The notes: generated by a model from the sequence alone, not told the origin. A stretch of 64,000 bases of DNA from Balanoglossus misakiensis (GCA_040954595.2 CM082596.2:10064461-10128460), one strand, 5' to 3'. Positions 1 to 11,251 are shown, counted from the first letter of the stretch. Program-made: numbers and translations.

Positions 1-26
1 ACCTCAAATCCTCTCAAATCAAATGT

Positions 27-493
27 TAGTCTCGGTTACCCAGATGCCTTTGCTTCTTCCGATGCTCTCCAGAAAAGGGTCTGGGGAAATGCTATTGAAA
101 GCTTTGTAAAACAAAATGGCCGATGTCAGGATTTTGATCATCGCCTGATTGGCTGAGCTGTCAGTATGACCCGGGTCACTGGCTCTCAACAATGTGTGAT
201 TTTTTGTCGTCTCTTCATATCAAGAGACCGGTACTTGTTGGTTGATGCGAAAGGCAAAAGGCGTCCTCTGTTAGCATTGTTGGAGAAATTATACGAAATA
301 TCTTTGGTAGACGATTGTCGAAACTATTGCGGTGACCCGGGTCATACTGACAGCTCAGCCAATCAGGCGATGATCAAAATCCTGACATCGGCCATTTTGT
401 TTTACAAAGCTTTCAATAGCATTTCCCCAATTTCCCCAGACTCTTTTCTGGAGAGCATCGGAAGAAGCAAAGGCGTCTGGGTAACCGAGACAA
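27..493. mobile_element. MITE with ~150-bp terminal inverted repeats
   Basis: 29-181 (GTCTCGGTTACCCAGATGCC...ATGACCCGGGTCAC) is the reverse complement of ~330-491 (GTGACCCGGGTCAT...GGTAACCGAGAC), with one short indel. Confidence 0.9.
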
Positions 494-519
494 ATCAACT
501 GTTGGAAGTTCATCCCCAG
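494..519 (+). pseudogene. 3' part of a Q/S/T/P-gene exon interrupted by the MITE
   Basis: Joining 1-26 to 494-519 reads TSNPLKSNVSTVGSSSP and ends CCAG|gtaaag in phase 1, matching the exon at 1209. Confidence 0.5.
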
Positions 520-681
520 GTAAAGTCTCCAGTGTTGCTTCCCAGCCATTGTCAATTTAAGTCCGCACATAATTAGACCACCAAGTGAAGTGTGAGATAT
601 AGTAGAATATTGCCATGTTGATCTTCACTACAAGTTAGTTAAAGTTATATAGCACTCTGTGATCAACGAGTTGAAAATACA

Positions 682-722
682 GCATGAGTTTTCGGGGACA
701 TGTAGTCCCCTTCATCAGATGC
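682..722 (-). ncRNA. Minimal type I hammerhead-ribozyme-like motif (Penelope/retrozyme type), probably degenerate
   Basis: Minus strand GCAU-CUGAUGA-A-GGGGAC-UACAU-GUCCCC-GAAA-ACUC-AUGC: both core boxes, an inverted GGGGAC/GUCCCC stem II and a 4-bp stem I. Confidence 0.6.
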
Positions 723-826
723 ACACGTGGAATGAACAGAGAAACAGAGAATCATGGGGTATTCAAAGTAGGAAATATGTGCAGGACCAGGTGCATCAGA
801 AATTTTTCCTGCAGTGGATTTTCTAT

Positions 827-858
827 CTGAGGATGGTGACTTCATGACCGAAATTTTG
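827..858 (+). ncRNA. Second, weaker hammerhead-like core remnant
   Basis: CTGAGGA-T-GGTGA-CTTCA-TGACC-GAAA; stem II imperfect and stem I not evident. Confidence 0.3.
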
Positions 859-930
859 TGTCCGTGAGCAAGGCACTTTACTTCTCATTGCTCTGAGGAG
901 ACTCATGGCTTTGTGTAGGTGATTTGCACC
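858..930 (+). mobile_element. SINE body fragment
   Basis: GTGTCCGTGAGCAAGGCACTTTAC resembles the conserved segment that follows the tRNA head in many metazoan SINEs. Confidence 0.4.
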
Positions 931-980
931 TTTTCTAGTCTTTCTACTAGACATATTTTCTGTGTTTGTGATAGATGAAT

Positions 981-1175
981 TACTGTCTTACAGGAAATTT
1001 TTGTGAACTTCGTGAGAACCAAAAAATGCGAATTAAAAAGTCATGTAAAAATATTTTTCAGGGATATTGGTGCAGTTAGTGAAATATGAGAATGCGAAAT
1101 TTAATTGTAGAATAACAGCTGTCTCTTAGGATTATGCGAACATTTCCTGTCACAGAAATTTTCTGTTTTACAGTA
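981..1175. mobile_element. Degenerate MITE (TACTGT...TTTACAGTA ends)
   Basis: Short inverted ends flanked by TA; internally similar to 25512-25720. Confidence 0.55.
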
Positions 1176-1208
1176 TATAAATAAATCAAGTAGATCTTTT
1201 TACTGCAG

Positions 1209-1470
1209 ATGCTACACCAACAATTCATCTGTTACCTGGACGACCAAGTCAAATTTGAAGTCAGTCTCCACAACAACTATCGTCCTCTCAACAGAAACTG
1301 ATTCAACCAAGTCAGCCCCAGATGCAGGGCCAAGGTCAAAGGTCATCAATGCCTTTTTCCCAGCCTACCAGTTTACCAAACCAACCAGTATCCACTGTCA
1401 CAGCAAACAGGACTCAACAACCCAATGTGACTGTTTCAAGTATCCCCATGAGACAATTTTGTCCACCCAG
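1209..1470 (+). pseudogene. Q/S/P-rich exon with premature stop
   Basis: tactgcag|AT...CCCAG|gtacag; reads (D)ATPTIHLLPGRPSQI*SQSPQQLSSSQQKLIQPSQPQMQGQGQ...; TGA at 1256-1258; exit phase does not match the next exon, implying a frameshift. Confidence 0.7.
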
Positions 1471-1905
1471 GTACAGTTGTGGTCTACCTTCTACTTTTTG
1501 ATATTCAAATTAGCTGTTTCTAGTTACCCATCCTGTGAATTGAAAGCTTTTTATGACTGTATCGCATAGCCTTGTCTTACCAGTGTCTACACAGTAGACT
1601 ATTTATTTTCAAAACACATTCAAAACTTCTGTTTTGGTTGCAAAAAAGCCACTCTGTAAATGGAAAGACTCTTTGGATAATGCCACAGACTCATTAATCA
1701 AATTCAATTTTTAATGTGATTAATGTTGATAAGCCCTAAAACCTGATCCCTTCCAAATGTGAGTATGTGTGTTGAAAATGGGACTTTGAGAGTTGTAAGC
1801 TCAACATCGATTCAAAAATTGAAGTCATGAAGTAAAAAATGTGGTTTTGAATACTGGCCTTGATAATGCTTCATATTAACTAGGTTTGTTACCCTTTTTG
1901 GACAG

Positions 1906-2089
1906 GCAACTTCACCACCAAAGATGACTTCTCAGCATGTGCCAGCTGCTGCACTGAAAGCCACAGAGGGTGTCATGCAAATGGCAAATGCTAGTCAGTT
2001 CAGTAAGATGCCACAAATTGCTGCTGTGAATTCTATCAACTCACAGCCACAGCAGAGATGGCCAGGTACAGATTCAAAGCCACAACGAG
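1906..2089 (+). pseudogene. Q/A/S-rich exon (open)
   Basis: tttttggacag|GCA...CGAG|gtaggt; ATSPPKMTSQHVPAAALKATEGVMQMANASQFSKMPQ...KPQR; phase 0 to 1. Confidence 0.75.
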
Positions 2090-2096
2090 GTAGGTA

Positions 2097-2259
2097 CAGT
2101 CAAACCTGTCTACAGTGGCCAGTCAAGGGACTTTCCTAAACTGGCATTTATAGACAGGTGGCTTCTATAGATAGGTCAGTTAATGTGCAATGTACATGTA
2201 CATGAAATGAAACAAAGTTGCCACTATAATAGAGGTGGCCACAAACACAGATTTGACTG
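2097..2259. mobile_element. Tc1/mariner-pogo-type MITE (CAGTCAAAC ends, TA target)
   Basis: ta-CAGTCAAACC...ATTTGACTG; same family as 9141-9326 in the opposite orientation. Confidence 0.7.
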
Positions 2260-2570
2260 TCATATATGTTATGTTGCCATGGCAGTCATTTACCATTAGT
2301 TTGAATATACTTTGCCAAAACCTGAGGAAAAAATATTCAAGTTCCCCTTTTCGTATTCCCCTATCAATGGTATAATACAACAGTGTCATGGTAAAATTTT
2401 GTGACATTTTTGCTAACTGCTAAAGCCCAAGTAACATTGTTTTTTTCAGTATTTTTCAGCGAAGGAATTAACCCTAGTTTCTTGTTCTGCTATGGATAGC
2501 TTTATGAAATGTTCAGTCTTTAGCTTCTATACAAAACTTGTACATGAGTAATGGCCATTGTGAATATTAA

Positions 2571-3766
2571 CCCTTACGCTGTCGAGTCCGTAGCAGAGCG
2601 CCCGATTTCCGGTGTGGGTAGAAGTCGAACGTTGGCGAGTGATGAATGACCTAAATGGTATGGATCGATATGATTCACCGACCCGCTGGAGTCTCTAGGC
2701 GTTTGCGTGCGCTTCGCTATAACGGGTTGACTTTGAACTACCGTTTTGAGGGCAATATCTGTTAGGACAGGAAAGTCTCGACAGGGTTCTTTGCCTTGAA
2801 CTACAAAGAGCACACTATCCTAAGAGGCACATTCCGCCGGTCATTCCCGACCCTGTGGAGACCGTTTTTTTGCGTCCGTCAAAAACGTACTTGGCATCGA
2901 TGCATTGTTTACTATAACAGACGGTTCCACAACGACATAGGGTATCGACCTTTTCGATGGCCAGCGGTGTCGGATGCACTCGTGGGTAGCACTGTTTGGG
3001 AAAGTGCGTTTTGGGATCGACTCGGGAAACATGACGAAATGGTGCAATGGGGCCCGCAGAGCTTGCGGGATACCTATGACTGTGTCGGTACAACCCTGTG
3101 CCGTAAAAAATTTATAGCGTATTAACACCGTACTGAACGTCAGTTTGCCGTGCGTAAGTAACCAACGTGTCGTTATCACAACGTCCGTGTGTGTCTCGTC
3201 TGAAGAAATGAGTCGTTATCACAACGTCCGTGTGTGTCTGGTCTGAAGAAATGAGTCGTTGTCGGGCGGCTGTAGAGTGGGACACTGTGCGCCAGTGTCT
3301 AGTCGTTCGCATTACGTGTCGAACTAACTCGTACCCTACGGGAAAGTGGCAGGGGAAGGTGTGCCCGAACACCCCTGGCGGTACACCCTGGGTCCCCTAC
3401 TGACAACTAATGGTGTCGTCGTTGTGACGTGATATGGCGTGTGCTAACACACTAACTTTATTTTCGTAAAAGTAAGCCTCGAAATGACGTTGACAGACGC
3501 TCCCCTCCCAGGGGAACGAACCCGATGACCCCACAACTTTTACCCGGTTAATTGTTGTTTGAGGTCCCGCCAACACGGGACTGTGCCAAACTTGAAGTCT
3601 AGCACGTTCAAAAGCAGCTAAAATGACCCTCCAAAAACCCGATTTTCAGGCAAAAAGCCTGGTAATCCAGCGGGTGTAGAATGCCGGATTCTACATACAC
3701 CGAAAAGGAGGCGGTCTCGTAACGACTCGGCAGCCCAACGGGTTATGACCCCCGGTAGCAAGAGGG
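2571..3766. mobile_element. Non-autonomous piggyBac-type DNA transposon (~1.2 kb)
   Basis: TTAA-CCCT...AGGG-TTAA (TSDs 2567-2570 and 3767-3770); imperfect TIRs; abrupt GC/CpG-rich composition; internal ~44-bp direct repeat at ~3170-3260; no transposase ORF. Confidence 0.85.
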
Positions 3767-3961
3767 TTAAATGAACTCAGACGAGAATTCATTTTTCAAC
3801 AATAACAATGCTGATCAATATATAAAACGCCTTTGTTTGAAAACCAAACTCTGAATAAATTCTTAATGTTTTACAGAGTAGAATAAAGTCTTACAGCTGA
3901 TATCCAAAGTTAACATTGAAGTTATTGACGTTTTAATACTACTGTGTTTACTTATCAGCAG

Positions 3962-4110
3962 GTATGCAGTCAACGATGCGAACAGGAGTGCAGTCAACAC
4001 AACCGACAGTACCTAATGTGAGCGACAGCAAAAATCCACCTGTCACCACTGGCACCAATGTTATTCCAACTCTGACACAGCCACAAGTACATGTACAAAA
4101 CCAGTCATTG
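3962..4110 (+). pseudogene. Q/T/S/P-rich exon (open)
   Basis: atcagcag|GT ATG...TTG|gtatgt; (G)MQSTMRTGVQSTQPTVPNVSDSKNPPVTTGTNVIPTLTQPQVHVQNQSL; phase 1 to 0; NAGNAG acceptor. Confidence 0.75.
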
Positions 4111-4497
4111 GTATGTTATGTTATGAGCTGAGTTATAATACCCACCTATCCCTTTTGCCTGGCAAGTGACAGTTTATCACTTTTCAGTATTTCAATGGAA
4201 CTGTATTTGGATAATTTGTTACCTAACATGACATCAGAAGATGGCAGCTTGATGTCTTAACTGAGGACATTGGATGACCAGTAGATAAAGATTTTCTTTG
4301 ATATCAATGACATCAGACGCAGTTCCGTTGGCATTCAAATTTCCAGCTGACGGGGAATTTCAGCAACGTGGTGCAAATGACGACTGTGCAGATGAATACC
4401 AAGATGCTGTTGAGGCACCATGCCTGATACATATTACCTGTCTGGTGGTACTAAAGTATAAACACATCCGGAAAAAAATATTTTACGGGATACCAAT

Positions 4498-5148
4498 TGA
4501 GACTAATAGAATCTCACATTCCCAAGGACCTGTGATCATATTTCTCACATGAGTTGGGGATTTTTGTCCCACACGAGCCGCAGGCGAGTGTGGGACAAAA
4601 AATCCCCAACGAGTGTGAGAAATACGATCCCAGGTCCTTGGTGTGTGAGATTCTTTTTCTCACACGACCAGAAATTTGCAATATTAACGTTTATTTACAA
4701 TAAAAGGACTAAATCTATAAAATACCAACTGATAACTGCATGACCAGTCATATATTGATCCGCCCCTCAAAATATAGTCCCCATTTCATCACGAGTTTAC
4801 AGTACACACATGCTATAAAAATGTGCTCAACACATTTTAATATGGAGATTGTTTCCAGTGGTATAAATTCAAGCGATATCTAGAAAATACAACCGTGTTT
4901 TTTAGTCTGTCGCCAACCACGTACACCACTGTCGTCTGCACATGACCTGATCACATTGTAGTTCAGGTTTGTGTACAACACATCACACAATTGGATAATA
5001 TTTGTTCGTTCTGAGGGGTATGAATATCATTATCCAATCAGAGCTCGTGTCAGATAACAGTTGTCTGTGTGCGCATTAACACAGAGTGTGGGATCAATTT
5101 GATCCCACACTCTCTATCCCACACTCCCAGCGGCCAGGAGTGTGAGAA
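4498..5148. mobile_element. Non-autonomous element with long internal palindrome (Crypton-like; class tentative)
   Basis: ~145-bp imperfect palindrome at 4510-4655 centred on CACGAGCCGCAGGCGAGTGTG; related copy at 7627-8018. Confidence 0.6.
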
Positions 5149-5277
5149 AAATTATTCCCATCTTGTTATAAATCTGAGCCCAGGTGTCTTTGGTGTGAGA
5201 TTCCAGTAGTCAAGAGTAGGCTTACCTTGAATAATGTAATGCTTGTAAATAATTTATAATTTCTTCTTACCCTCCAG

Positions 5278-5396
5278 ATATGAATGTCACAGTGGTGGAA
5301 ATGCGTGCCAACACTATTGTCAGAATACCCATGGTAGTTATCTCTGCGCTTGCAGACCAGGATTCTATCTGCTGGAGGATGGCTATGCATGTGGCG
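5278..5396 (+). pseudogene. Calcium-binding EGF exon 1, frameshifted
   Basis: ccctccag|...|gtatgt; ECHSGGNACQHYCQNTHGSYLCACRPGFYLLEDGYAC; 119 bp because of a 4-bp deletion relative to the 123-bp paralog at 10464. Confidence 0.9.
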
Positions 5397-6068
5397 GTAT
5401 GTAACTGTGGATATTGATCTCTTCTGTGGCTACACTGTTTGGGGATTGTATATTGCTATGGTTACAATCAGCTAAACACACATCCTGTCAGTCAATTGCA
5501 CACATTTTAAAATTTGAAATCAACCGCACACTCGTACTGAACACATGTTTGTTGAAATTGTATCTCAGAATTTTTCCATTTATAATTATGCATAATATAA
5601 ACAAATTAACAAATGTGAAATTTTATCTTTGAAAATTTGTTTGCAAGGGTGAAAAAGTAATCTGTTTTTTTAAAAATCAGACAAAGTTTTGCTGACAGGG
5701 TACACGAGTTTCAGGGGATTTTGTTAAAATGAGAATGATAGAGAGTGTTAAAATTCTTAGATTCTGAGATTGCCATGGATATTGAGGACTTTGATGTAAA
5801 AACAATTAATTGATCAAGAAATATGTGGTTAAGTATATGTGTCATCAACCTCACACTATACTATAAGACTGTCTGATATATTTATGCACAAGTACAATGT
5901 ATTTTCACTACTTATATGCATAACTCAATCAAATTAACATAATTTATCGACCTATAGCTAAATAAATTACCACAGCAAAGAATAAATATACACTTAGAAA
6001 ATTCATATAGTTTTCATCTCATTTTAAAGACATTATAAATGCTTCTCCGAGGGGTACAGTAATTTTTA

Positions 6069-6623
6069 GGGTAAGCCTAATTCAAGATTCACGTTTCAAG
6101 ATTCACGTTTCACGTTCCACAGCCCAAGATTCATATTCTGATTCAGATTCTAGTCTTGTCTAATATGTTTATGCTGCCGTAACCAGGGGTGCGTACGATT
6201 GTTTATTGTCCTTGATCCCTGCCCAAGCAAGGTTCCCCAAATATTCTGTTCGATTAACGCGTGACGTCATTGTCGGGTATCTCTTCAAGTTCAGTTTCAA
6301 CAACATTTTTCAAAGAGAGATGCACCCTATTTATTATTTTCTAACACATGAATGACCCTAGGCCTGAGATCGCACCATGGCCGGCAATCTTGGTATTCAC
6401 AGATACTTTTAAGCGTAATTCTGATATAATTGATAGGTTTAGGTATATTTTACAACCAATAACTTAAGCAAAGGACTAATTCCTATATTCTGAATCAAGT
6501 GAAAGTAATATTGTAGATGGCGAAAGGACGTGACAAGACTCGAATCTGAATCAGAATATGAATCTTGGGCTGTGGAACTTGAAACGTGAAACTTGAAACG
6601 TGAATCTTGAATTAGGCTTACCC
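6069..6623. mobile_element. Mutator/MULE-type MITE
   Basis: ~92-bp TIRs GGGTAAGCCTAATTCAAGATTC.../...GAATTAGGCTTACCC; perfect 9-bp TSD TAATTTTTA at 6060-6068 and 6624-6632. Confidence 0.9.
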
Positions 6624-6682
6624 TAATTTTTAATGGGTATATTCTTGATAACTCATCACCATGAATGATCATTTCAAAACTT

Positions 6683-6998
6683 AACAAGGCATATGGCTAA
6701 AGAGGATTCAGTGTTTGTGCACCTTCTATCTGCTATGCTGGATCTATTGACAGTTTTCAAAGGGGTTTAAAGACTCGTCTTTTTATTCAGTACTTTCTAT
6801 TTCATTCCATTGCTTTTTTGGTTAATAGGGACTGTCTTTCAGAACTCTTTGGTTTGTTTCGTGTTTTTAAGTGTAATTTATTATCCTTTAAGCTTTCACT
6901 TGTTTTCTAATTTTATTATTTTCTGTAGAAAATGCACTGAGATGTATGTGTATTATGTTTGTCAGGAAATAAATAATAATAAAATTAAAAATAATAAA
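6683..6998 (+). mobile_element. LINE (L2/CR1-group) 3' end remnant
   Basis: KAYG*RGFSVCAPS...SIDSFQRGLKTRLF matches the typical ORF2 C-terminus; T-rich UTR and (AAT)n tail follow; copies at ~11856-12171 and ~17928-18243. Confidence 0.75.
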
Positions 6999-7014
6999 CT
7001 ATCTTTGATTTCAG

Positions 7015-7131
7015 ATGTCAATGAATGTATGGAGAGAGCAGATCTTTGTGAAGGCCAGTGTGTGAATACAGCAGGCTCTTTTTATTGCACTTGTGTTGTG
7101 GGATATTGATTGGTCAATGGAGAGTGTACAG
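7015..7131 (+). pseudogene. Calcium-binding EGF exon 2 with premature stop
   Basis: tttcag|...|gtaaga; DVNECMERADLCEGQCVNTAGSFYCTCVVGY*LVNGECT; six Cys; phase 1-1; TGA at 7107-7109. Confidence 0.92.
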
Positions 7132-7626
7132 GTAAGACCAGCACAATATGTGGGCAACGAAAGGTCCTGTATCTGTAACTTTTGAATTTTTATTCAATAT
7201 TATTCTGGGTGTCACCCATCATTTCTTGTTCAGCTCGGTGAAGCTAGGTAAGCAATGTTGTTATTGTTTAAACATTGTATTCAAGCCTGGGTCTGGACTT
7301 GGATGCAATTTGTCAATAATAACAGTGATTGGTAACTGCATGTTTACATAACTGGCTAACTGTTAAAGAGACCAGCTGTTCTTTTTGCTGTGTGTACAGT
7401 ACACATGCCATTGGCAGCTTATGGCTCAGTCAGTGTTTGCCTGTTGATTTCTCTATGTGTGTGTGTCTGTATATGTACTCCGGTGTAGACTTTTTTATTG
7501 TGTTATCCCTGAATGGGACCACTGTGTCCTTAACGCGATGTTTTACACTCAGCAGCGATAGTTTGTCTAACACGAGCCAAAATATCCCCAACTCGTCTGA
7601 GAAATCTTATCCCAGGTCCTAAGGTT

Positions 7627-8018
7627 GTGAGACTAATAGAATCTCACACTCCCAAGGACTTGGGATCATATTTCTCACATGTGTTGAGGATTTTCTGTCC
7701 CAAACAAGCTGCAGGCGAATGTGGGACAAGATATCCCCGACGAGTGTGAGAAATACGATCCCAGGTCCTTGGTGATTAGTTTTCTCACACGGTCACAAAT
7801 TAGCCAAATTCGTTAAATAAATGACTCTTGAACTGTCATCTGGTACATTGTAGATTCAGTATCGCGTCATTGGATAACATTTAGCACATGTTGTTAAAGA
7901 ACTCTTTGTCATCCAATCAGCGCTCGCATCATATACAGCTCTCGATTCAGTGAGAATGTGGGATTGATTTGTTCTCACACTCTGATCCAACACTCTCAGC
8001 ATGCCAGGAGTGTGAGAA
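7627..8018. mobile_element. Second, more diverged copy of the palindromic element at 4498-5148
   Basis: Shares GAGACTAATAGAATCTCACA..CCAAGGAC, the central hairpin and the CCAGGAGTGTGAGAA end. Confidence 0.65.
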
Positions 8019-8339
8019 TCTATTACGAGTTTGAAATCTTAGGTGAAGAGTTTATCAATTTCACTGCCAACCCTGTAGGGCATTCTGGGATATGTGCTCA
8101 TGCCAAAGCACAAACAGCCATGACCTGACAGCTCAGTTTGTAAATCATTTCTACAAATCCACAAAGAGACTCAAAGTTTAGAAAAGTTGTGTCTGTTAGA
8201 AATATTAGAAATATTACTGTTAATACTTAATTTCAAAGCCATGTGAATTTGTTCACTTTAATAGGGAAATTTTTAAAGGAAGGGAGGATTGGTATTGACT
8301 TGAATAATTACAATGGATGTTTTTGTTCTCTATTTTCAG

Positions 8340-8462
8340 ATGTGAATAATGAGTGTTCAGATTCTGTTTGTGCTGGAGGGTGTCTCAATGCAGAGGGTGG
8401 ATTCAGCTGTAATTGTGGTGATGATGGTTTCTCTCTGAGTGCAGATCATGTCAATTGTTTAG
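8340..8462 (+). pseudogene. Calcium-binding EGF exon 3 (open frame)
   Basis: ttttcag|...|gtaagt; DVNNECSDSVCAGGCLNAEGGFSCNCGDDGFSLSADHVNCL; 123 bp; phase 1-1. Confidence 0.9.
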
Positions 8463-8886
8463 GTAAGTTTTTTTTGAGTGGGGAGGGGATAGACCAACAA
8501 TTGCTTTGCATTTCCTGCCTCAAAAGGGCGCTTACACAAGTTGTAAGTGGCAAAGATTACAGCGAGTCACCATGTAAAAAAAATAATAAATAAAAGTTAT
8601 CAGGCACTTTCCAAAGTTACACATTTAGAAAAAAATGAGTTTGTTGTCTCATGTGTGATATTTTTGGCTAACAAAACACTAGCGTCTAATGTGGTTACTA
8701 CATTGTTTGTTTATCAGTATACAGTACTGGTACATATAAACATATGATATGACCAAGTTATATGCCAGATGATATTTATCAAGTTTCACACAATTTTGCT
8801 CTCTTGTATATTTTTTTCAAAGCCAACTGTACATGTAATTCAGATGTATTCATTCAAACACAATGTATCATATTTGTGTTTTCAAG

Positions 8887-8991
8887 CTGGTTGGTCACCA
8901 TGCCAACAAGCGTGTTACAACACACCAACCAGTTACCAGTGTGGTTGCAGACCAGGATTTAAGTTGCACAGAAATTAACAAACATGTGTTG
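8887..8991 (+). pseudogene. EGF-like exon 4 (five Cys) with premature stop
   Basis: ttttcaag|...|gtgagt; GWSPCQQACYNTPTSYQCGCRPGFKLHRN*QTCV; the TAA corresponds to CAA in the paralog at 13384-13386. Confidence 0.85.
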
Positions 8992-9140
8992 GTGAGTATC
9001 TACAATTGGGAGAAAGTAAGATGTAGGTGTTTGTGCAATGTAAGTGTCCAATACATGTACATGTATATGTGACACTGAAATTACACATTGTACAGTCAAT
9101 AATTGGTAAATGTCTATTATTCATGACACAAATCAACATA

Positions 9141-9326
9141 CAGTCAAACCTCTGTGACTGGCCACCTCTATTAAACAGCCACCTCTATATAGTGCCCACT
9201 TTATTCTAGTCCCTGTGTAATTTATATCTACATTAATTGACTTTTCTACCAGGTATAATGGCCACCTGTCTATAAAGGCCAGTTTAGGAAAGTCCCTTTA
9301 CTAGCCATAATGGACAGGTTTGACTG
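9141..9326. mobile_element. Tc1/mariner-pogo-type MITE
   Basis: ta-CAGTCAAACCT...AGGTTTGACTG; truncated copies at ~13546-13735 and ~19618-19807. Confidence 0.75.
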
Positions 9327-9373
9327 CACTTGTGTTGATTTCTGTCTGTAATACGTGTAACACAATCATAAAA

Positions 9374-9643
9374 TTTTTCATAAAGAGGGCACACTTCCAA
9401 AATAAGGTGTCATCTCCAAGCAGACAATGTGAAAAAGGAGGCCGGTAGGTTACAGAGTACTGCTCGAGCTCATCTACTTTGTTGTATACATGATACAAGT
9501 TGCGTGTAAAACTGACCTTACAATAAAATGTGGCTGTCGAAAGTCTGTCCCAACTATAGTGTTGATACACAAGACAAAGTTTTTACTCTTTGACCAACTG
9601 GCCTCATGTTTGCGTCTTGGAAGGGCACCCTCTTTATGAAAAA
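9374..9643. mobile_element. MITE with ~27-bp imperfect TIRs
   Basis: TTTTTCATAAAGAGGGCACACTTCCAA ... TTGGAAGGGCACCCTCTTTATGAAAAA. Confidence 0.7.
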
Positions 9644-10029
9644 GGCATATGATATCACTACAAGGAATAAATTAACATGATAGAACATTGCTGATTAATG
9701 TCATAGATCATGATAACATGAATGCATAGCAATGTTTTGTTACAATTTGGTACATAAAGAAATGGACTACTGTGACAGTATTGACTCTGGGCACTACGTA
9801 GATGATTCCCAGCCTCAAAATTCTGACTTGCTTCACCGTTGGAAGAAGTCAGTTTTCAGGTTAACATGTATATTTGTACAGAGTGTGGCATTAGTGAGTG
9901 GTTGCATCACATCAATGCATGACAAAAGGTCATCACTGTGTAAGACTCAGAAATAGAATTTGAATACAAATCCTATTAAACAAAATATTCTAAAATTTAC
10001 ATGTTATTTTAACATGTTTACTCCTATAA

Positions 10030-10254
10030 AAGTGAGTGCACGTGTTTTCGAGGTCTCTTCAATTCAGAAGCCACTGTGTAGGCCTTAGTTGGTGCATGCA
10101 GCTCGTAGACTTAGAAATTAAGTTTGGTTCAACTCAAACGCTTCAAGTCCAGTTGACCATCTCACACTTCTGGCACTGGTGGGATTCAAACCCACGCCAT
10201 CGAAACGACTGCAGGTGCCTAAAACCCCTTGACTGTAGGACACAAATGCCTGAC
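10030..10254 (-). mobile_element. tRNA-derived SINE remnant
   Basis: Minus strand shows a degenerate A box, a B-box-like GGGTTTGAATCCC and ..CAGTGCCA at 10171-10254; does not fold as an intact tRNA. Confidence 0.55.
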
Positions 10255-10463
10255 AGTGATATAACTATGTTATAATGTTACATCGACAATACATAAGTTT
10301 GGGGATATGTTGTCTCAAATGATCAAATTGAGACAAATTATCCCCATCTTGTTATAAATCTGAGCCCAGGTGTCTTTGGTGTGAGATTCCAGTAGTCAAG
10401 AGTAGGCTTACCTTGAATAATGTAATGCTTGTAAATAATGTATAATTTCTTCTTACCCTCCAG

Positions 10464-10586
10464 ATATGAATGAATGTCACAGTGGTGGAAATGCGTGCCA
10501 ACACTATTGTCAGAATACCCATGGTAGTTATTGCTGCGCTTGCAGACAAGGCTTCAATGTGCTGGAGGATGGCCATGCATGTGCAG
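10464..10586 (+). pseudogene. Calcium-binding EGF exon 1 duplicate (open frame)
   Basis: ctccag|...|gtatgt; DMNECHSGGNACQHYCQNTHGSYCCACRQGFNVLEDGHACA; 123 bp; phase 1-1. Confidence 0.9.
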
Positions 10587-11251
10587 GTATGTAACTGTGG
10601 ATATTGATCTCTTCTGTGGCTACACTGTTTGGGGATTGCATATTGCTATGGTTACAATAAAACATGCATCCTGTCTGTCCATTGCACACATTTTAAAATT
10701 TGAAATCAACCGCACACTCGTACTGAACACATGTTTGTTGAAATTGTATCTCAGAATTTTTCCATTTATAATTATGCATAATATAATCAAATTAACAAAT
10801 GTGAAAACTTATCTTTGAAAATTTGTTTGCAAGGGTGAAAAATTAATCAGTTGTTTTAAAAATCAGACAAAGTTTTGCTGACAGGGTACACGAGTTTCAG
10901 GGGATTTTGTTAAAATGAGAATGATAGAGAGTGTTAAAATTCCTAGATTCTGAGATTGCCATGGATATTGAGGACTTTGACGTAAAAACAATTAATTGAT
11001 CAAGAAATATGTGGTTAAGTATATGTGTGATCAACCTCACTATACTATAAGACTGTCTGATATATTTATGCACAAGTACAATGTATTTTCACTACTTATA
11101 TGCATAACTCAATCAAATTAACATAATTTATCGACCTATAGCTATTAAATTACCACAGCAAGGAATAAATATTCACTTAGAAAATTCATATAGTTTTCAT
11201 CTCATTTTAAAGACATTATAAATGCTTCTCCGAGGGGTACAATAATTTTTA

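Larger units (their letters stand above)
5150..7051 (+). repeat. Older tandem duplication, block A copy 1 (homologous to 10336-12224)
   Basis: Colinear, highly similar sequence with scattered substitutions and indels; offset ~5.18 kb. Confidence 0.95.
8944..9830 (+). repeat. Older duplication, block B copy 1 (homologous to 13353-14138 and 19425-20210)
   Basis: Colinear similarity with indels, from mid EGF exon 4 through the MITEs. Confidence 0.9.

Noticed and set aside
166-576. 136-aa ORF
   Set aside because: Lies mostly in the MITE inverted repeat; no recognisable protein
2574-3372. Overlapping ORFs as a transposase
   Set aside because: Short, on both strands, no piggyBac DDD motifs; explained by GC-rich composition
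4188-4552. Additional exon or 84-aa ORF
   Set aside because: No coherent frame with matching splice sites and no recognisable similarity
7107-7109. TGA as selenocysteine or readthrough (also 1256-1258)
   Set aside because: Not at a Cys position, other exons have TAA stops and frameshifts, and CGA-to-TGA decay is simpler
10171-10254. tRNA gene
   Set aside because: Only the T-arm and B box resemble tRNA; the D and anticodon arms are degenerate, so it is better explained as a SINE head
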